Notes: a model not told the origin generated them from the sequence alone. Positions 19,806 through 29,740 are shown, counted from the first letter of the stretch. The stretch is 64,000 bases of DNA from Candidatus Anderseniibacteriota bacterium (GCA_046350855.1 JAXLZM010000002.1:14103-78102); one strand, 5' to 3'. Program-made: numbers and translations.

Positions 19806-20009
19806 GAATCTCCTTGCGCTCCTAAGGGGAGCGAGTTGGGTCGGGCAACGAACCCGACGTAGTACGTTTGAATAGATTGGGAATGTCCGGTCTTGTGAGC
19901 GCCACCTAAGGCCTCTCCAAGAGCCCGACAAACTACCACAATTTGAACAAAAAGTCAAGGTTCGCTAGAGTGCCCCCAGTGGCCGTAATCGGTGTAAAAA
20001 AGCCGCTTT

Positions 20010-20096
20010 GGGCGAGTGGCGGAATGGCAGACGCGCCAGGCTTAGGACCTGGTGGTTGCATAAACCATGGAGGTTCGAGTCCTCTCTCGCCCACCA
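20010..20096 (+). tRNA. tRNA-Leu(TAG)
   Basis: Acceptor GGGCGAG/CTCGCCC, anticodon arm CCAGG-CTTAGGA-CCTGG, variable arm, GGTTCGAGTCC, encoded CCA. Confidence 0.97.
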
Positions 20097-20167
20097 GCAA
20101 TTTTTCTGAGGCAATACAGGGTGAACACCTAGCTTTGCCGAGCCCGGGCCCGTACAATACGGGGACT

Positions 20168-21442
20168 ATGCCCACATCCTCACGCAGCCAGTCCCAGCAA
20201 GAAAACGCCTTTACCAACGCCCTGACCCAGCTGCACGCTGCAGCCGAGGTGGCCGGGCTCGATCCGGACATACTGACGCAGCTCGAGCGCCACGACCGCA
20301 TCGTGGAGGTGGCCTTGCCAGTGCGTCGAACCAGTGGCCCCAACAAGGGACACATCGAGGTGTTGACCGGCTTTCGCGCCCAACACAACAATGCGCGCGG
20401 ACCCTACAAAGGTGGGATTCGCTACCACCAAAATGTTTCGCTCGATGAGGTTAAAGCACTCTCGCTCTGGATGTCGCTCAAGACTGCCGTTGCCGATATT
20501 CCTATGGGTGGTGGCAAAGGTGGCGTGATCGTTGATCCTAAAACCCTCAATCAGGCAGAACTCGAAGCCCTCTCGCGGGCCTATGCCCGTGGGATCGCCG
20601 CGGTGATTGGTCCTGAGGTAGACGTACCAGCCCCGGACGTCAACACGACGCCCGCTATCATGGCTTGGATCAGAGATGAGTACGAGAAGATCACGGGCAC
20701 GACCGCCCCCGGTGTTATCACCGGTAAACCGGTCGAGGCCGGCGGGTCGCAAGGTCGGGACACGGCTACGAGCGAAGGGGCTTTTTATGTCTGGGAATAT
20801 GCCGCAGCCAAGCTCGGGATGCAGCCGGCCCAAACACGTGTGGTCGTAATCGGCTTTGGCAACGCCGGGTTCTTTTTTGCCAAACGCCTACATGCAGCTG
20901 GCTACAAGGTGATTTCGGTCTCGGATTCTAGAGGGGCCGTGATCGATCCGGCCGGCCTCGATCCCGACCAAGTCATGGCGCACAAAAAGAAGACGGGGTC
21001 GGTTGTGGGGTTCAACCGGTTACCTAAGCAGACCCTCGAGGATCAAATTGCGTTGGAGGCAGAACTGCTCGCCCCGGCCGCCCTAGAAAATCAAATCCAC
21101 AAAGACAACGCGAGTTTAGTTAAGGCGCGCGCAATTATCGAACTCGCCAACGGACCGGTCACGCCTGAGGCGGATACGATTTTGGACGGTAAACAAATCC
21201 CGGTTATCCCGGATATTTTGGCTAATGCCGGTGGGGTCACCACCAGCTACTTTGAGTGGTACCAAAATCAGCACGATGAGCGCTGGACCCGCGAGCAAGT
21301 CTTTACCAAACTCAAAGCCAAGATGCATGCCGCCACCCAGGCGGTTTGGAGTATGTCCGAGGGTAAAAAAATCTCGCTGCGGCGCGCGGCGGGTGTGGTG
21401 GCGGTTCAGCGCTTGGCCGAGGCCATGCAAAAACGAGTCTAA
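20168..21442 (+). CDS. gdhA: Glu/Leu/Phe/Val dehydrogenase (glutamate dehydrogenase)
   Basis: RGPYKGGIRYH, PMGGGKGG, DVPAPDVNT, TGKP..GGS.GR, GFGNAG, ELANGP, PDILANAGGV. Start trimmed to ATG after the tRNA. Confidence 0.95.
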   Translation: MPTSSRSQSQQENAFTNALTQLHAAAEVAGLDPDILTQLERHDRIVEVALPVRRTSGPNKGHIEVLTGFRAQHNNARGPYKGGIRYHQNVSLDEVKALSLWMSLKTAVADIPMGGGKGGVIVDPKTLNQAELEALSRAYARGIAAVIGPEVDVPAPDVNTTPAIMAWIRDEYEKITGTTAPGVITGKPVEAGGSQGRDTATSEGAFYVWEYAAAKLGMQPAQTRVVVIGFGNAGFFFAKRLHAAGYKVISVSDSRGAVIDPAGLDPDQVMAHKKKTGSVVGFNRLPKQTLEDQIALEAELLAPAALENQIHKDNASLVKARAIIELANGPVTPEADTILDGKQIPVIPDILANAGGVTTSYFEWYQNQHDERWTREQVFTKLKAKMHAATQAVWSMSEGKKISLRRAAGVVAVQRLAEAMQKRV

Positions 21443-21470
21443 CGGGAGCCCACGCCCGCCGAGTGAACAC

Positions 21471-23063
21471 ATGATTGCCGCACCAACGCAGCCACGACGC
21501 AAAGGAGTGGTCGACCGCTTACTCGGGTGGTTCAGCCTCAAACCGAGGCACGCTTACGGGATTGTATTGGTGGTGCTGGCGGTTGGCTTAGTGTTTGCCG
21601 GCTACAAACTGCCCAGTGACCCCGATCTGTTTTGGCACATCCGCGCAGGGGGTGACATTTTGCGCATGGGGATCCCCCATGTGGATTGGTACTCGCACAC
21701 GCTCCCGACCTTTTTTTGGATCGACCACGAGTACGCTCAAGATGTTTTTATGTACTGGGTGCACGGCTTGGTCGGTTTTAAGGGACTCAGCATCGTCTAT
21801 GCGATCCTGGTCGCTCTGATTTTGAGCGTGGGGTTGCGCTGGAGTCTGGCGCGTCGTTTGCCCTGGACCTGGTCGTTGGCGGGTGGCTTACTCGTAGCCC
21901 TCGGTTCGCGCTCCTTTATTGGCGCTCGGCCCCAGATGCTCACCTGGCTTTTAGTACTACTCTTGCTTGGGCTGATCCGACGGGCCCTTTCGAGTACTAC
22001 AGTGGGGTGGTTTAGCCTGATCCCACTCCTGTTTGCGCTCTGGGCCAACCTACACGCTAGTTTTGTAGCGGGCTTTATTATTTTGTTGGTCTGCATCATC
22101 TGTGAGTCGATCAAGGCCATCTTTGCGCCCGTGTATACGTTTGGCCGAACCCCACGGATCCAATCCGTGGCCTGGCTCGCAGTGGCGAGTGCTCTCAGTG
22201 TGCCGGCTACTTTTGCCAATGCCTACGGGTGGAACATTTGGCTTGAACCCTACCGCACCCTGACCGACAAAGCCTTACACAACAATATTGTGGAATGGTT
22301 TGCCCCGGATCCCTACAGTCACACTGGGTACATTTTGTTTGGGATGATCGTAGTGTATATCGGCTTTTTGGTGGTACGCCAAAAGCGCGCCGATCTGACC
22401 GATGTGGGCTTGACCTTGGCCTTTTTTGTCTCGTCGCTCTTAGCCGTACGCAACGTGCCACTCTTTTTACTGATCGCGGTGCCCTTAGCCCTAGAAGGCT
22501 TTAGAACTTTGGTAGTGGCCACTCCTCGTACCAAACGAGCCTGGACCCAAGTCGTACTACTCTGGCCGACCCTCTTAGCCTTGGCCCTTTTTACCGCCGC
22601 CGAGGTGGGGCGGTTTCCCTGGCAAGATTTTGGCCGCTTGGATCGAGATTTAACGGTGTTCACCCGGGATGGCTATCCAGAAGGGGCCGCGGCTTTTTTG
22701 AGCCAGCAAACTGAGTGGGCCGCGCGCTCGCAGCAAGGGACGGTTCATCCGTACAACGAATACGCCTGGGGCGGCTATCTTTTATACCGCGTACCCTGGT
22801 TTAAAACCTTTATCGATGGACGCATGCCCTCCTGGGTAGGGGGAGACAAGGGCGATCTCAAAATAATTGACAAGTATTTCACGATCGACCGCCGGGAGAA
22901 CTGGCGCGCGACCGCCGACGAGTTTGCGGTCAACCTTTTTGTGATTAAGGCGGACAATGCGCTCGGGGGAGAACTCAAGCAGGACGGCCGTTTTGTCGAA
23001 GTATTTAGAGATGCGCAGGCCGTGGTCTTTGCAACTAAAGAGTTAGCTGCGATCAAACGCTAA
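21471..23063 (+). CDS. Polytopic membrane protein, putative GT-C fold glycosyltransferase
   Basis: DPDLFWHIRAG after first TM, ARPQ, LWANLH, NIVEW, YAWGGYL, FIDGR motifs; >10 TMs. Confidence 0.7.
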   Translation: MIAAPTQPRRKGVVDRLLGWFSLKPRHAYGIVLVVLAVGLVFAGYKLPSDPDLFWHIRAGGDILRMGIPHVDWYSHTLPTFFWIDHEYAQDVFMYWVHGLVGFKGLSIVYAILVALILSVGLRWSLARRLPWTWSLAGGLLVALGSRSFIGARPQMLTWLLVLLLLGLIRRALSSTTVGWFSLIPLLFALWANLHASFVAGFIILLVCIICESIKAIFAPVYTFGRTPRIQSVAWLAVASALSVPATFANAYGWNIWLEPYRTLTDKALHNNIVEWFAPDPYSHTGYILFGMIVVYIGFLVVRQKRADLTDVGLTLAFFVSSLLAVRNVPLFLLIAVPLALEGFRTLVVATPRTKRAWTQVVLLWPTLLALALFTAAEVGRFPWQDFGRLDRDLTVFTRDGYPEGAAAFLSQQTEWAARSQQGTVHPYNEYAWGGYLLYRVPWFKTFIDGRMPSWVGGDKGDLKIIDKYFTIDRRENWRATADEFAVNLFVIKADNALGGELKQDGRFVEVFRDAQAVVFATKELAAIKR

Positions 23064-23064
23064 G

Positions 23065-23111
23065 TGTGGACAAGTCAGGATTGACGTTCGGTTTTTGTTC
23101 GGTTACTGTTA
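23065..23111 (+). promoter_or_regulatory. lexA operon promoter with GTTC-N7-GTTC LexA box and upstream DnaA-like box
   Basis: TGTGGACAA (23065); TTGACG(23081)-17-TACTGT(23104); GTTC at 23086 and 23097, GTTA at 23108 (11-bp period). Confidence 0.8.
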
Positions 23112-23116
23112 GAGAC

Positions 23117-23299
23117 ATGATCGAAACAACCACACTCTCCCTCACGCAAGCACTTCCGCAGACGCTCGCAGTTACGCGGATTAAGAGCTATACCCGTAAG
23201 TTAGCCGAGATCGAGCGCTTTATTGAGCATTATGTGGAGACACCCCGCTCGACAGAACCCGAGGTAACGGTCCACACCTACTGGAGCGCTCATGTCTAG
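23117..23299 (+). CDS. Small hypothetical protein co-transcribed with lexA
   Basis: 60-aa ORF starting 7 nt after the -10 and overlapping the lexA start by 8 nt. Confidence 0.65.
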   Translation: MIETTTLSLTQALPQTLAVTRIKSYTRKLAEIERFIEHYVETPRSTEPEVTVHTYWSAHV

Positions 23300-23909
23300 T
23301 ACGTCTCTGACTAAAAAGCAGCGTTTGGTACTGGATTTTGTCACCAGTTTTCTCAAGCGCAAAGGCTACAGCCCCAGCTACCGGGAGATTGCCCAACACT
23401 TTAGATTATCTTCGGTCGCAACCGTCCACCAACACGTACAGACCTTGCAAGACAAAGGCTTTTTACAGAGTGAGGGTAAAGATGGACAGTATCGTTCGCT
23501 CGAGCCCTCTACCGTACGACGGCCAGAGTACTCGCTCGTCGATATCCCGTTGGTGGGGTTGATTACAGCCGGGCAACCCATTGAGGCCTTGCAAGAGCAA
23601 GAGACCCTCACCATTCCACAAAACATGGTTGGGCGGGGCCACTATTATTCTCTACGGGTTAAAGGGGACTCGATGATCGAGGATGGAATTTTGGACGGAG
23701 ACTACGTGATCGTTGAGGAACGTGATAGCGCACACAACGGTGAGATCGTAGTCGCTCTACTCGAAAATCAGTTTGCGACTCTCAAACGCTTTTACAAAGA
23801 ACGAGACCACGTGCGTCTGCAGCCAGCCAACTCCAGCATGGAGCCGTTTCGAGTTCGGTCGGTCAAGATTCAAGGTAAGGTGGTGGGCTTGCTCCGGTCG
23901 TACCGTTAG
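23292..23909 (+). CDS. lexA: SOS repressor LexA
   Basis: PSYREIA HTH, ITAGQP Ala-Gly cleavage site, VKGDSM Ser, ATLKR Lys. Confidence 0.97.
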   Translation: MSSTSLTKKQRLVLDFVTSFLKRKGYSPSYREIAQHFRLSSVATVHQHVQTLQDKGFLQSEGKDGQYRSLEPSTVRRPEYSLVDIPLVGLITAGQPIEALQEQETLTIPQNMVGRGHYYSLRVKGDSMIEDGILDGDYVIVEERDSAHNGEIVVALLENQFATLKRFYKERDHVRLQPANSSMEPFRVRSVKIQGKVVGLLRSYR

Positions 23910-24031
23910 GGGAGGCTCTCTCCGGTTACTCAATGGCGCGGTAGTAACAGGAGAGACCTATAAAAATAATCTCTCTCGTATAGTGTGTCCGTTCTCCTGC
24001 TTCCCCTGGGAACGGCCACTATACGTTTGAG

Positions 24032-24598
24032 CTACTCTGCCTGGGCAGAAATGCCCGACGCAGCACCAAGAGCCGTCTCTGGTTCACGAGCTAACTCCGC
24101 TGCCGCGGCTGGTTTGAGTGCAGCTTTAATAATGGCCTCATCGACGATGATCGCTTGGGGTGTAATCCCCACGATTTGCGAGCGGCTAATGAGCAAGATT
24201 TGTCTCCAGAGATCTCGTAGAACTAAGGGGGGCTTAACCCAAAGAGCGGTCAAGTTGCCGGTCTCACTATCAAATTTATAGGTAACAAGCTTACCGAGAT
24301 ATCGTTTACGCTCCGTAAACACTTCTCGCTCGGTCAAGTCACCAAAACGATTAAGATCGGCAAACGGCTCTTGCTGTGCATCCCGTGCGACCGGGGAGGG
24401 TTGGCCCAACTGCACCTGCTCGGCCGTAATAGCCGTAACGGTGCTAAAGGGTATCGTTTGGGTTCTGCCAAAAAGACCACTGCGTGCAAGGGTGAGAGCA
24501 GCGATTTTGATTTTTTTGTAATCGACCAAGACGCGCTTAGCGCGTAGTTTGGCCTCGCCCACCGGCAGCTCCCTTAGCTGGTCTACCGTGAGGATCAT
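24032..24598 (-). CDS. Tandem PRC-barrel domain protein
   Basis: Two repeats of V.T..G.YLGK.....D...G.....V pattern; in jag operon. Confidence 0.7.
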   Translation of the reverse strand: MILTVDQLRELPVGEAKLRAKRVLVDYKKIKIAALTLARSGLFGRTQTIPFSTVTAITAEQVQLGQPSPVARDAQQEPFADLNRFGDLTEREVFTERKRYLGKLVTYKFDSETGNLTALWVKPPLVLRDLWRQILLISRSQIVGITPQAIIVDEAIIKAALKPAAAAELAREPETALGAASGISAQAE

Positions 24599-24600
24599 TG

Positions 24601-25161
24601 CTAGAGCTTGATGTCGTCCAGGGTAAAGCCCTTTTGAGCAAAACTCTTAACGACGCGTGACTCGTGTTTGGGCTTGATTACCACTCGACGATTAGGCTCC
24701 TGTCCTAGACTCTCGGTTGTGACCTCAGGACGCTCCTGCAAGGCAACGTGCACCAAGCGACGCTCAAAACTGGTCATGGGGCGCAGGATTACCATATTAT
24801 CCGTGCGGGTGGCTTTTTCGGCAGCCTCACGGGCCAGATCAATAATTTGCTGCTCGCGTTTAGCCTTGTAGTCGTTGACATCCACCGTGGCAAAACAGGG
24901 TCGGCCGGTTTGGCCTGAGACGAGCAGACGCACCAGGTGTTGGAGGGCCTGGAGTGTAGCACCGTGCTGACCGATCAGACGACGAGACTCCTCTGTAGTG
25001 ATCTGGACCTTGAGATCGCGACGCTGACGCCCGACCGGCTCGAGCGTACACGTCACCGCAGCATCCTCGCACAAAAATCCCACGAGTGTAGTGACCGTCG
25101 TTTTGACGAGCTCCAAGGATACGGTCTTGTCGACGGTTTTGACGGTGTTGGTGGTAGACAT
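24601..25161 (-). CDS. jag: KH/R3H RNA-binding protein (Jag/EloR/KhpB, lacking N-terminal Jag domain)
   Basis: LIGQHGATLQALQ, VDVNDYK, PMTSFERRLVH, TESLGQEPNRRV. Confidence 0.92.
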   Translation of the reverse strand: MSTTNTVKTVDKTVSLELVKTTVTTLVGFLCEDAAVTCTLEPVGRQRRDLKVQITTEESRRLIGQHGATLQALQHLVRLLVSGQTGRPCFATVDVNDYKAKREQQIIDLAREAAEKATRTDNMVILRPMTSFERRLVHVALQERPEVTTESLGQEPNRRVVIKPKHESRVVKSFAQKGFTLDDIKL

Positions 25162-25165
25162 TGTC

Positions 25166-25933
25166 TTACTTAACGACAGCTACCTCGGTCTCGCTATGGT
25201 CTGGCTTGGGCCGGGAGGCAGGTGTGCGCATAATAATCCACTGCTGCAGAATTGCAAAGAGGGTCGAGGCGAGCCAGTAGAGGGCCAAACCGGCCGGGAA
25301 CTGGTAGGCAAAATACCCGGTCAAAAGTGGAAAAATATAGGTCAAGTTATTGGTGAGAGACTGCGCCGCGGCGCTCGGATCGTTGGCGGCTGGTTTTCCT
25401 TGCTGTTGCTTTTTGCGCCGACGCGTCAGCATCCAGGATTGGTAAAACTGCGCCGCGGCCGTAATGACTGCCAAGTAAATATTGTGTGTTGCGCTCAGAT
25501 CTAAGAAGTTCAAAAAATGGAGGTCCATCGGCAAGGTCGGGTGCGCAATAAAGGGATAGAGCCGACTGGTAAAGTCCACGCCACTAATGGTGGTTCTAAA
25601 GACGATAAAGAGAGGGTAGATAAAGAGGATCTGGACGACGAGGGGGAGGCACGAGGAGAGGGGGTTGACCCGATTTTTTTTGTAGAACTCCATGAGGGCC
25701 TTGGTCTGGGCCTCTTTATCGGCTTTATGTTTTTCGCGAATCTCATTGATGCGCGGCTGCAAATCCTGCATAGCGCGCTGAGCTTTGATTTGGCGTGCGG
25801 CAAAGGGATACAAAATGAGTCGCACAATCAAGGTCAGCAAAATAATCGCGATACCCAGATCAGTGCCAGGGAGTATGTTCCTCAAAAAAATGAGGAGGTT
25901 TAAAAATGGATCGACAAAAATAGTTTGGAGCAT
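25166..25933 (-). CDS. yidC: Membrane protein insertase YidC
   Basis: IVRLILYP, LQPRINEI, NPLSSCLP..Q, PAGLALYW. Confidence 0.96.
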   Translation of the reverse strand: MLQTIFVDPFLNLLIFLRNILPGTDLGIAIILLTLIVRLILYPFAARQIKAQRAMQDLQPRINEIREKHKADKEAQTKALMEFYKKNRVNPLSSCLPLVVQILFIYPLFIVFRTTISGVDFTSRLYPFIAHPTLPMDLHFLNFLDLSATHNIYLAVITAAAQFYQSWMLTRRRKKQQQGKPAANDPSAAAQSLTNNLTYIFPLLTGYFAYQFPAGLALYWLASTLFAILQQWIIMRTPASRPKPDHSETEVAVVK

Positions 25934-25934
25934 A

Positions 25935-26198
25935 TTAGTCAGCTACGGGATCAACGCCACCCTGCGACCAGGGCTGACAGCGCATCACACGCCACACTAT
26001 CGTAGGCAGCGCCACAATACCAGTCTTAACCAACCGTTGGGCAGCGTACTCAGAGCAGCTGGGGTAAAAACGGCAGTAGCCGTGCGGATAGTAGGCTTTG
26101 AGCCAACCGTGGTCCGGTGAGAGTGTTTTTTGGTAGAACCGCACAAGGAGATACAACGGGTATCCCACTAATTTTGAAATTGTGTACACAATGGTCAT
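25935..26198 (-). CDS. yidD: Membrane protein insertion efficiency factor
   Basis: YQKTLSPDH, CRFYPSCSEYA, RCQPWSQGGVDP. Confidence 0.95.
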   Translation of the reverse strand: MTIVYTISKLVGYPLYLLVRFYQKTLSPDHGWLKAYYPHGYCRFYPSCSEYAAQRLVKTGIVALPTIVWRVMRCQPWSQGGVDPVAD

Positions 26199-26209
26199 GG
26201 AATCGGTGG

Positions 26210-26554
26210 CTAGAGTTGCCTCAGTAGTGCGGTAAGCGCGCGGCCGAGCGCGGTATATGACTTACCGAGCGCGGGTGCTTTTACCGTGAGTACCAGATCG
26301 CGCGCCGGTTGGAGCCGCTGTAACGGTTGGGCTAACAGAGCACGAACTTGGCGTTTAATTCGATTACGATCGACCGCACGCTTGGCCACACTTTTTGCGA
26401 CTACCACGGTCGCACGAGAATGCGCAGAGGCTGCTGGCAGACGTGCACTGGTGGGCGAGACTCGCAGTCCAAAATCGGCGTTTTTTAAAATACGCCCGCG
26501 CTTGGCACGCGCTATGTCACGAGCACGTCGGAGACGGTATTGCTTTGCCAACAT
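26210..26554 (-). CDS. rnpA: RNase P protein component
   Basis: MLAKQYRL, AKRAVDRNRIKRQVR (RNR motif). Confidence 0.95.
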   Translation of the reverse strand: MLAKQYRLRRARDIARAKRGRILKNADFGLRVSPTSARLPAASAHSRATVVVAKSVAKRAVDRNRIKRQVRALLAQPLQRLQPARDLVLTVKAPALGKSYTALGRALTALLRQL

Positions 26555-26555
26555 G

Positions 26556-26702
26556 CTACTTTCCGACCACGACACGCCAGCGGCCTTTTTGCCGGCGACG
26601 ACGTAAAACTTTGCGTCCGCCCGTAGTGCGCATACGACTGCGGTAGCCGTGACGCTTGAGACGGCGCTTCTTTTTAGGTTGGTAGGTTCGCTTGGTTGCC
26701 AT
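26556..26702 (-). CDS. rpmH: 50S ribosomal protein L34 (absent from ORF track)
   Basis: Translates as [48 protein letters not shown]. Confidence 0.96.
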   Translation of the reverse strand: MATKRTYQPKKKRRLKRHGYRSRMRTTGGRKVLRRRRQKGRWRVVVGK

Positions 26703-26746
26703 GCAGGTGTAGTGGGATGCTACCCCGCCCACAGAGCGCGGTCAAT

Positions 26747-26870
26747 TTATCCACCGTATCCACATCTTCTGCACATCAAAAGCGACAAATTATTCATCTA
26801 TGGGATATGTGGATAGTCGCTTTGGACTCTACTGAGCCAAACTTGCCCTATTTTTTTGTTCTTATCCACA
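26747..26870. promoter_or_regulatory. DnaA-box cluster upstream of dnaA
   Basis: TTATCCACC (26747), GTATCCACA (26756), TGTGGATAG (26808), TTATCCACA (26862). Confidence 0.8.
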
Positions 26871-26920
26871 ATGTGCTACATTTTGGACTTGTTCTAAACA
26901 TAACTTCTCAACACCCACGT

Positions 26921-28336
26921 ATGGATCAAGAAAAAGTCTGGCAGGCAGCACTCTCGGAACTAGAACTCACCATCAGCAAGGCAAATTTTACGACGTGGCT
27001 CAAAAAAACCTGGATTAACACCCTCTCGGAGAACGAGGCCAACATTGGTGTACCCAACGCTTTTACTAAAGAGTGGCTCGAAAAAAAGTATCACAAGCAG
27101 ATCGTGACCGCCCTCAAGCACTGTACCGGCAGTCACATGTTTAAGGTGCTCTATGAGATCGGGACAAAGGTGCCCAAGCGCGAGATGGCCTCAGTTGCAC
27201 CAGCTTTAGTGCAGGCCGCGACGGGTCCCACGGCTAGTATGCAGTTGGGTGGCGCGGCTACACGGACTTCGGTGCATGGAAGTGTCAGTCTGGGCGGCTC
27301 AATTGATGATCAGAGCAATCTCAACCCGCGCTACACCTTTGAGACTTTTGTGGTGGGACCTTCTAACGAACTGGCACACGCCGCCTGCAGTGCGGTAGCC
27401 AACAACCCCGGTACAACCTACAACCCGCTCTTTATCTATGGGGGAGTAGGACTCGGCAAAACCCACCTCATGCAAGCGATTGGTAACGCGATCAAAAAGC
27501 GAAACCCAGAAAAAAAGGTTTGGTACGTCACAAGCGAGCGCTTTACCAATGAGTTCATCGACTCAATCAGTAATAAAGGCAGCAACTTTAAAAATCGTTA
27601 CCGCGATGTGGACGTCTTAATCGTGGATGATATTCAGTTTATTGCCGGTAAAGAACAAACACAGCAAGAGTTCTTCCATACTTTTAACACTCTGCATGGC
27701 AACAATAAGCAGATTATCCTCTCAAGCGACCGGCCTCCTAAAGCTATTCCTACCCTAGAGGATCGCCTACGCTCGCGTTTTGAGGGCGGCATGATTGCGG
27801 ATATTGGAGCACCCGAACTTGAGACACGCGAGGCGATTTTACGAGAGAAATGCCGGGTTAAGAGCTTTGAGGTAGAGGATAAGGTCATTACTTTTATTGC
27901 CGCTCATATTCAGCACAACATTCGTGAGTTGGAGGGCGCGCTCAACCGCGTGGTGGCTCACTGTCAGCTCAAAAAGCTTGTACCGACCACCGATATTGCC
28001 AAAAGTGTCTTAGCAACCATTATCGCTAATCCGCAGCGGCGAGGGATCGTTCCACGCCAAATCGTGGAGACGGTAGCGCAGTTCTACGATGTCTCAATTG
28101 AGGATTTAGTGGGGGCTTCTCGCAAAAAAGAGATTGTTCGTCCACGTCAAATTGCCATGTTTTTGATGCGCGAGGAGATTAAGGCGAGTTTTCCCTCAAT
28201 TGGTAACGAATTGGGTGGACGTGATCACACCACCGCCATGCACGCCACCGAAAAAATTACCAAAGAAGTCGATCGTGACGATGCCGTACGTCAAGAATTA
28301 GATTTGATTCGGCAACGGCTGTACGTTCCTCAGTAA
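26921..28336 (+). CDS. dnaA: Chromosomal replication initiator DnaA
   Basis: LNPRYTFETFV, YNPLFIYGGVGLGKTHL, DDIQF, RELEGAL, GGRDHTT. Confidence 0.98.
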   Translation: MDQEKVWQAALSELELTISKANFTTWLKKTWINTLSENEANIGVPNAFTKEWLEKKYHKQIVTALKHCTGSHMFKVLYEIGTKVPKREMASVAPALVQAATGPTASMQLGGAATRTSVHGSVSLGGSIDDQSNLNPRYTFETFVVGPSNELAHAACSAVANNPGTTYNPLFIYGGVGLGKTHLMQAIGNAIKKRNPEKKVWYVTSERFTNEFIDSISNKGSNFKNRYRDVDVLIVDDIQFIAGKEQTQQEFFHTFNTLHGNNKQIILSSDRPPKAIPTLEDRLRSRFEGGMIADIGAPELETREAILREKCRVKSFEVEDKVITFIAAHIQHNIRELEGALNRVVAHCQLKKLVPTTDIAKSVLATIIANPQRRGIVPRQIVETVAQFYDVSIEDLVGASRKKEIVRPRQIAMFLMREEIKASFPSIGNELGGRDHTTAMHATEKITKEVDRDDAVRQELDLIRQRLYVPQ

Positions 28337-28640
28337 AAACTGTTTATAACCCAGTGGATTACCTGGTGTGTTCTCAGGTAAAAGCCGTGGGCTCTGTGCG
28401 GACAAAAAAACACAAAGACGTACCTACACAAACAGGTAAAACCAACAAGACTCAACTTTTCCTGAGTCACCCACAGATCGTACGCAGGGGTTATCGAGAA
28501 GTTGTTCACACAACGGTGCCCAATTTCTTAAGAAATTATTAGAACTGTATTAAAAAAATCTTAAAGAGCCGGGGTTGTCCCCACTCTCCACCGCACTATT
28601 ACTACAACTAGTTTAATTAATACCTATAAGATACGGATCT
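28337..28640. other. Probable oriC unwinding region
   Basis: dnaA-dnaN spacer with degenerate DnaA boxes ending TTGTCCCCA-CTCTCCACC-G-CACTATTACTACAACTAG-TTTAATTAATA (tandem boxes, DnaA-trios, AT-rich). Confidence 0.8.
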
Positions 28641-29738
28641 ATGAAACTTGCCTGTACACAGGAGAACTTACAAAAGGGATTATCTATTGTTGGTCGTGTG
28701 GTGAGTCGCAATGCGACACTACCGGTCTTGGGTAATGTTCTTCTTAAAACTGAGACGGGTGGGCTTAAGTTAGTCGCAACCGATTTAGAAGTAGGCGTGA
28801 CCTGTATTGTGGGCGGTAAGGTCGAACAAGCTGGTGAGATTACCATTCCAGCACGTCTACTAGCTGAATACATTAATCAGCTGCCCCGCGAGCACGTGAC
28901 CCTCCATACTGACGGAAAAGAGTTACGCGTCGCTTGTCAGGAGACTAGTGCTGAGATTAAAGGAATTGGCGCAGACGAGTTTCCACTCTTACCCGCTTTT
29001 AAGTCGGTTTTTGAAGCGGTTCTGCCGGCGGATCAGTTTAAAGAGGCGATTAGCCAAGTGATTACCGCGGTAGCCCACGACGAATCTCGTCCAGAGCTCA
29101 CGGGGGTGTACCTTCAATTTGGAGCGGGTGGCTGTACTTTAGCGGCGACCGATAGCTTTCGCTTGGCCGAGCGTACCATTCCTGTTAAGGGAGCGGTCAC
29201 TGAGCGCGCTGTGATTGTACCGCTTAAAACCATGGCAGAAATTGGTCGAATTATTGAACCCGTTGATTCGGTGGTACTGCGACTTTCAGAAAATCAGATT
29301 AAATGTAGCTACAAGAATATTGAGTTAATTTCACGTCTGATTGAGGGTCACTATCCACCCTACAAAGATATTTTGCCCAAAAAACTACCAACGCGCTGTG
29401 TGGTAAATCGCGAAGAGTTTATTGGAGCGGTACGGTCAGCTGGATTATTTTCTAAAACCGCCGCCCAAGATGTAGTCGTCTCGGTTAACGCTGAGAAAAA
29501 ACAACTCCAAATCCAAGCCGAAGCCAATCAAGTTGGCGGCCACCACCAAAAATTAGCCGCCTCGATCTTGGGACCCTCTGACCGTGTCGTCTTTAACTAC
29601 CGCTACCTGGTCGAGGGACTCCAAACCTTTACCAGTGAAAAAATTATTTTTGAAACCGGGGGCAGTAGCAGTCCGGGGCAGCTGACCGCACCTGAGAGTA
29701 CGGGCTACCTCTACATTTTGATGCCCATAAAGGTCTAG
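28641..29738 (+). CDS. dnaN: DNA polymerase III beta clamp
   Basis: ATDLE, SRPELTGV, ATDSFRL, SRLIEGHYP, YILMP. Confidence 0.98.
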   Translation: MKLACTQENLQKGLSIVGRVVSRNATLPVLGNVLLKTETGGLKLVATDLEVGVTCIVGGKVEQAGEITIPARLLAEYINQLPREHVTLHTDGKELRVACQETSAEIKGIGADEFPLLPAFKSVFEAVLPADQFKEAISQVITAVAHDESRPELTGVYLQFGAGGCTLAATDSFRLAERTIPVKGAVTERAVIVPLKTMAEIGRIIEPVDSVVLRLSENQIKCSYKNIELISRLIEGHYPPYKDILPKKLPTRCVVNREEFIGAVRSAGLFSKTAAQDVVVSVNAEKKQLQIQAEANQVGGHHQKLAASILGPSDRVVFNYRYLVEGLQTFTSEKIIFETGGSSSPGQLTAPESTGYLYILMPIKV

Positions 29739-29740
29739 AC

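Noticed and set aside
19943-26920. Long N-terminal extensions of gdhA, the 21225 ORF and dnaA in the ORF track
   Set aside because: They run through a tRNA, the upstream gene or the DnaA-box promoter; homology starts at downstream ATGs.
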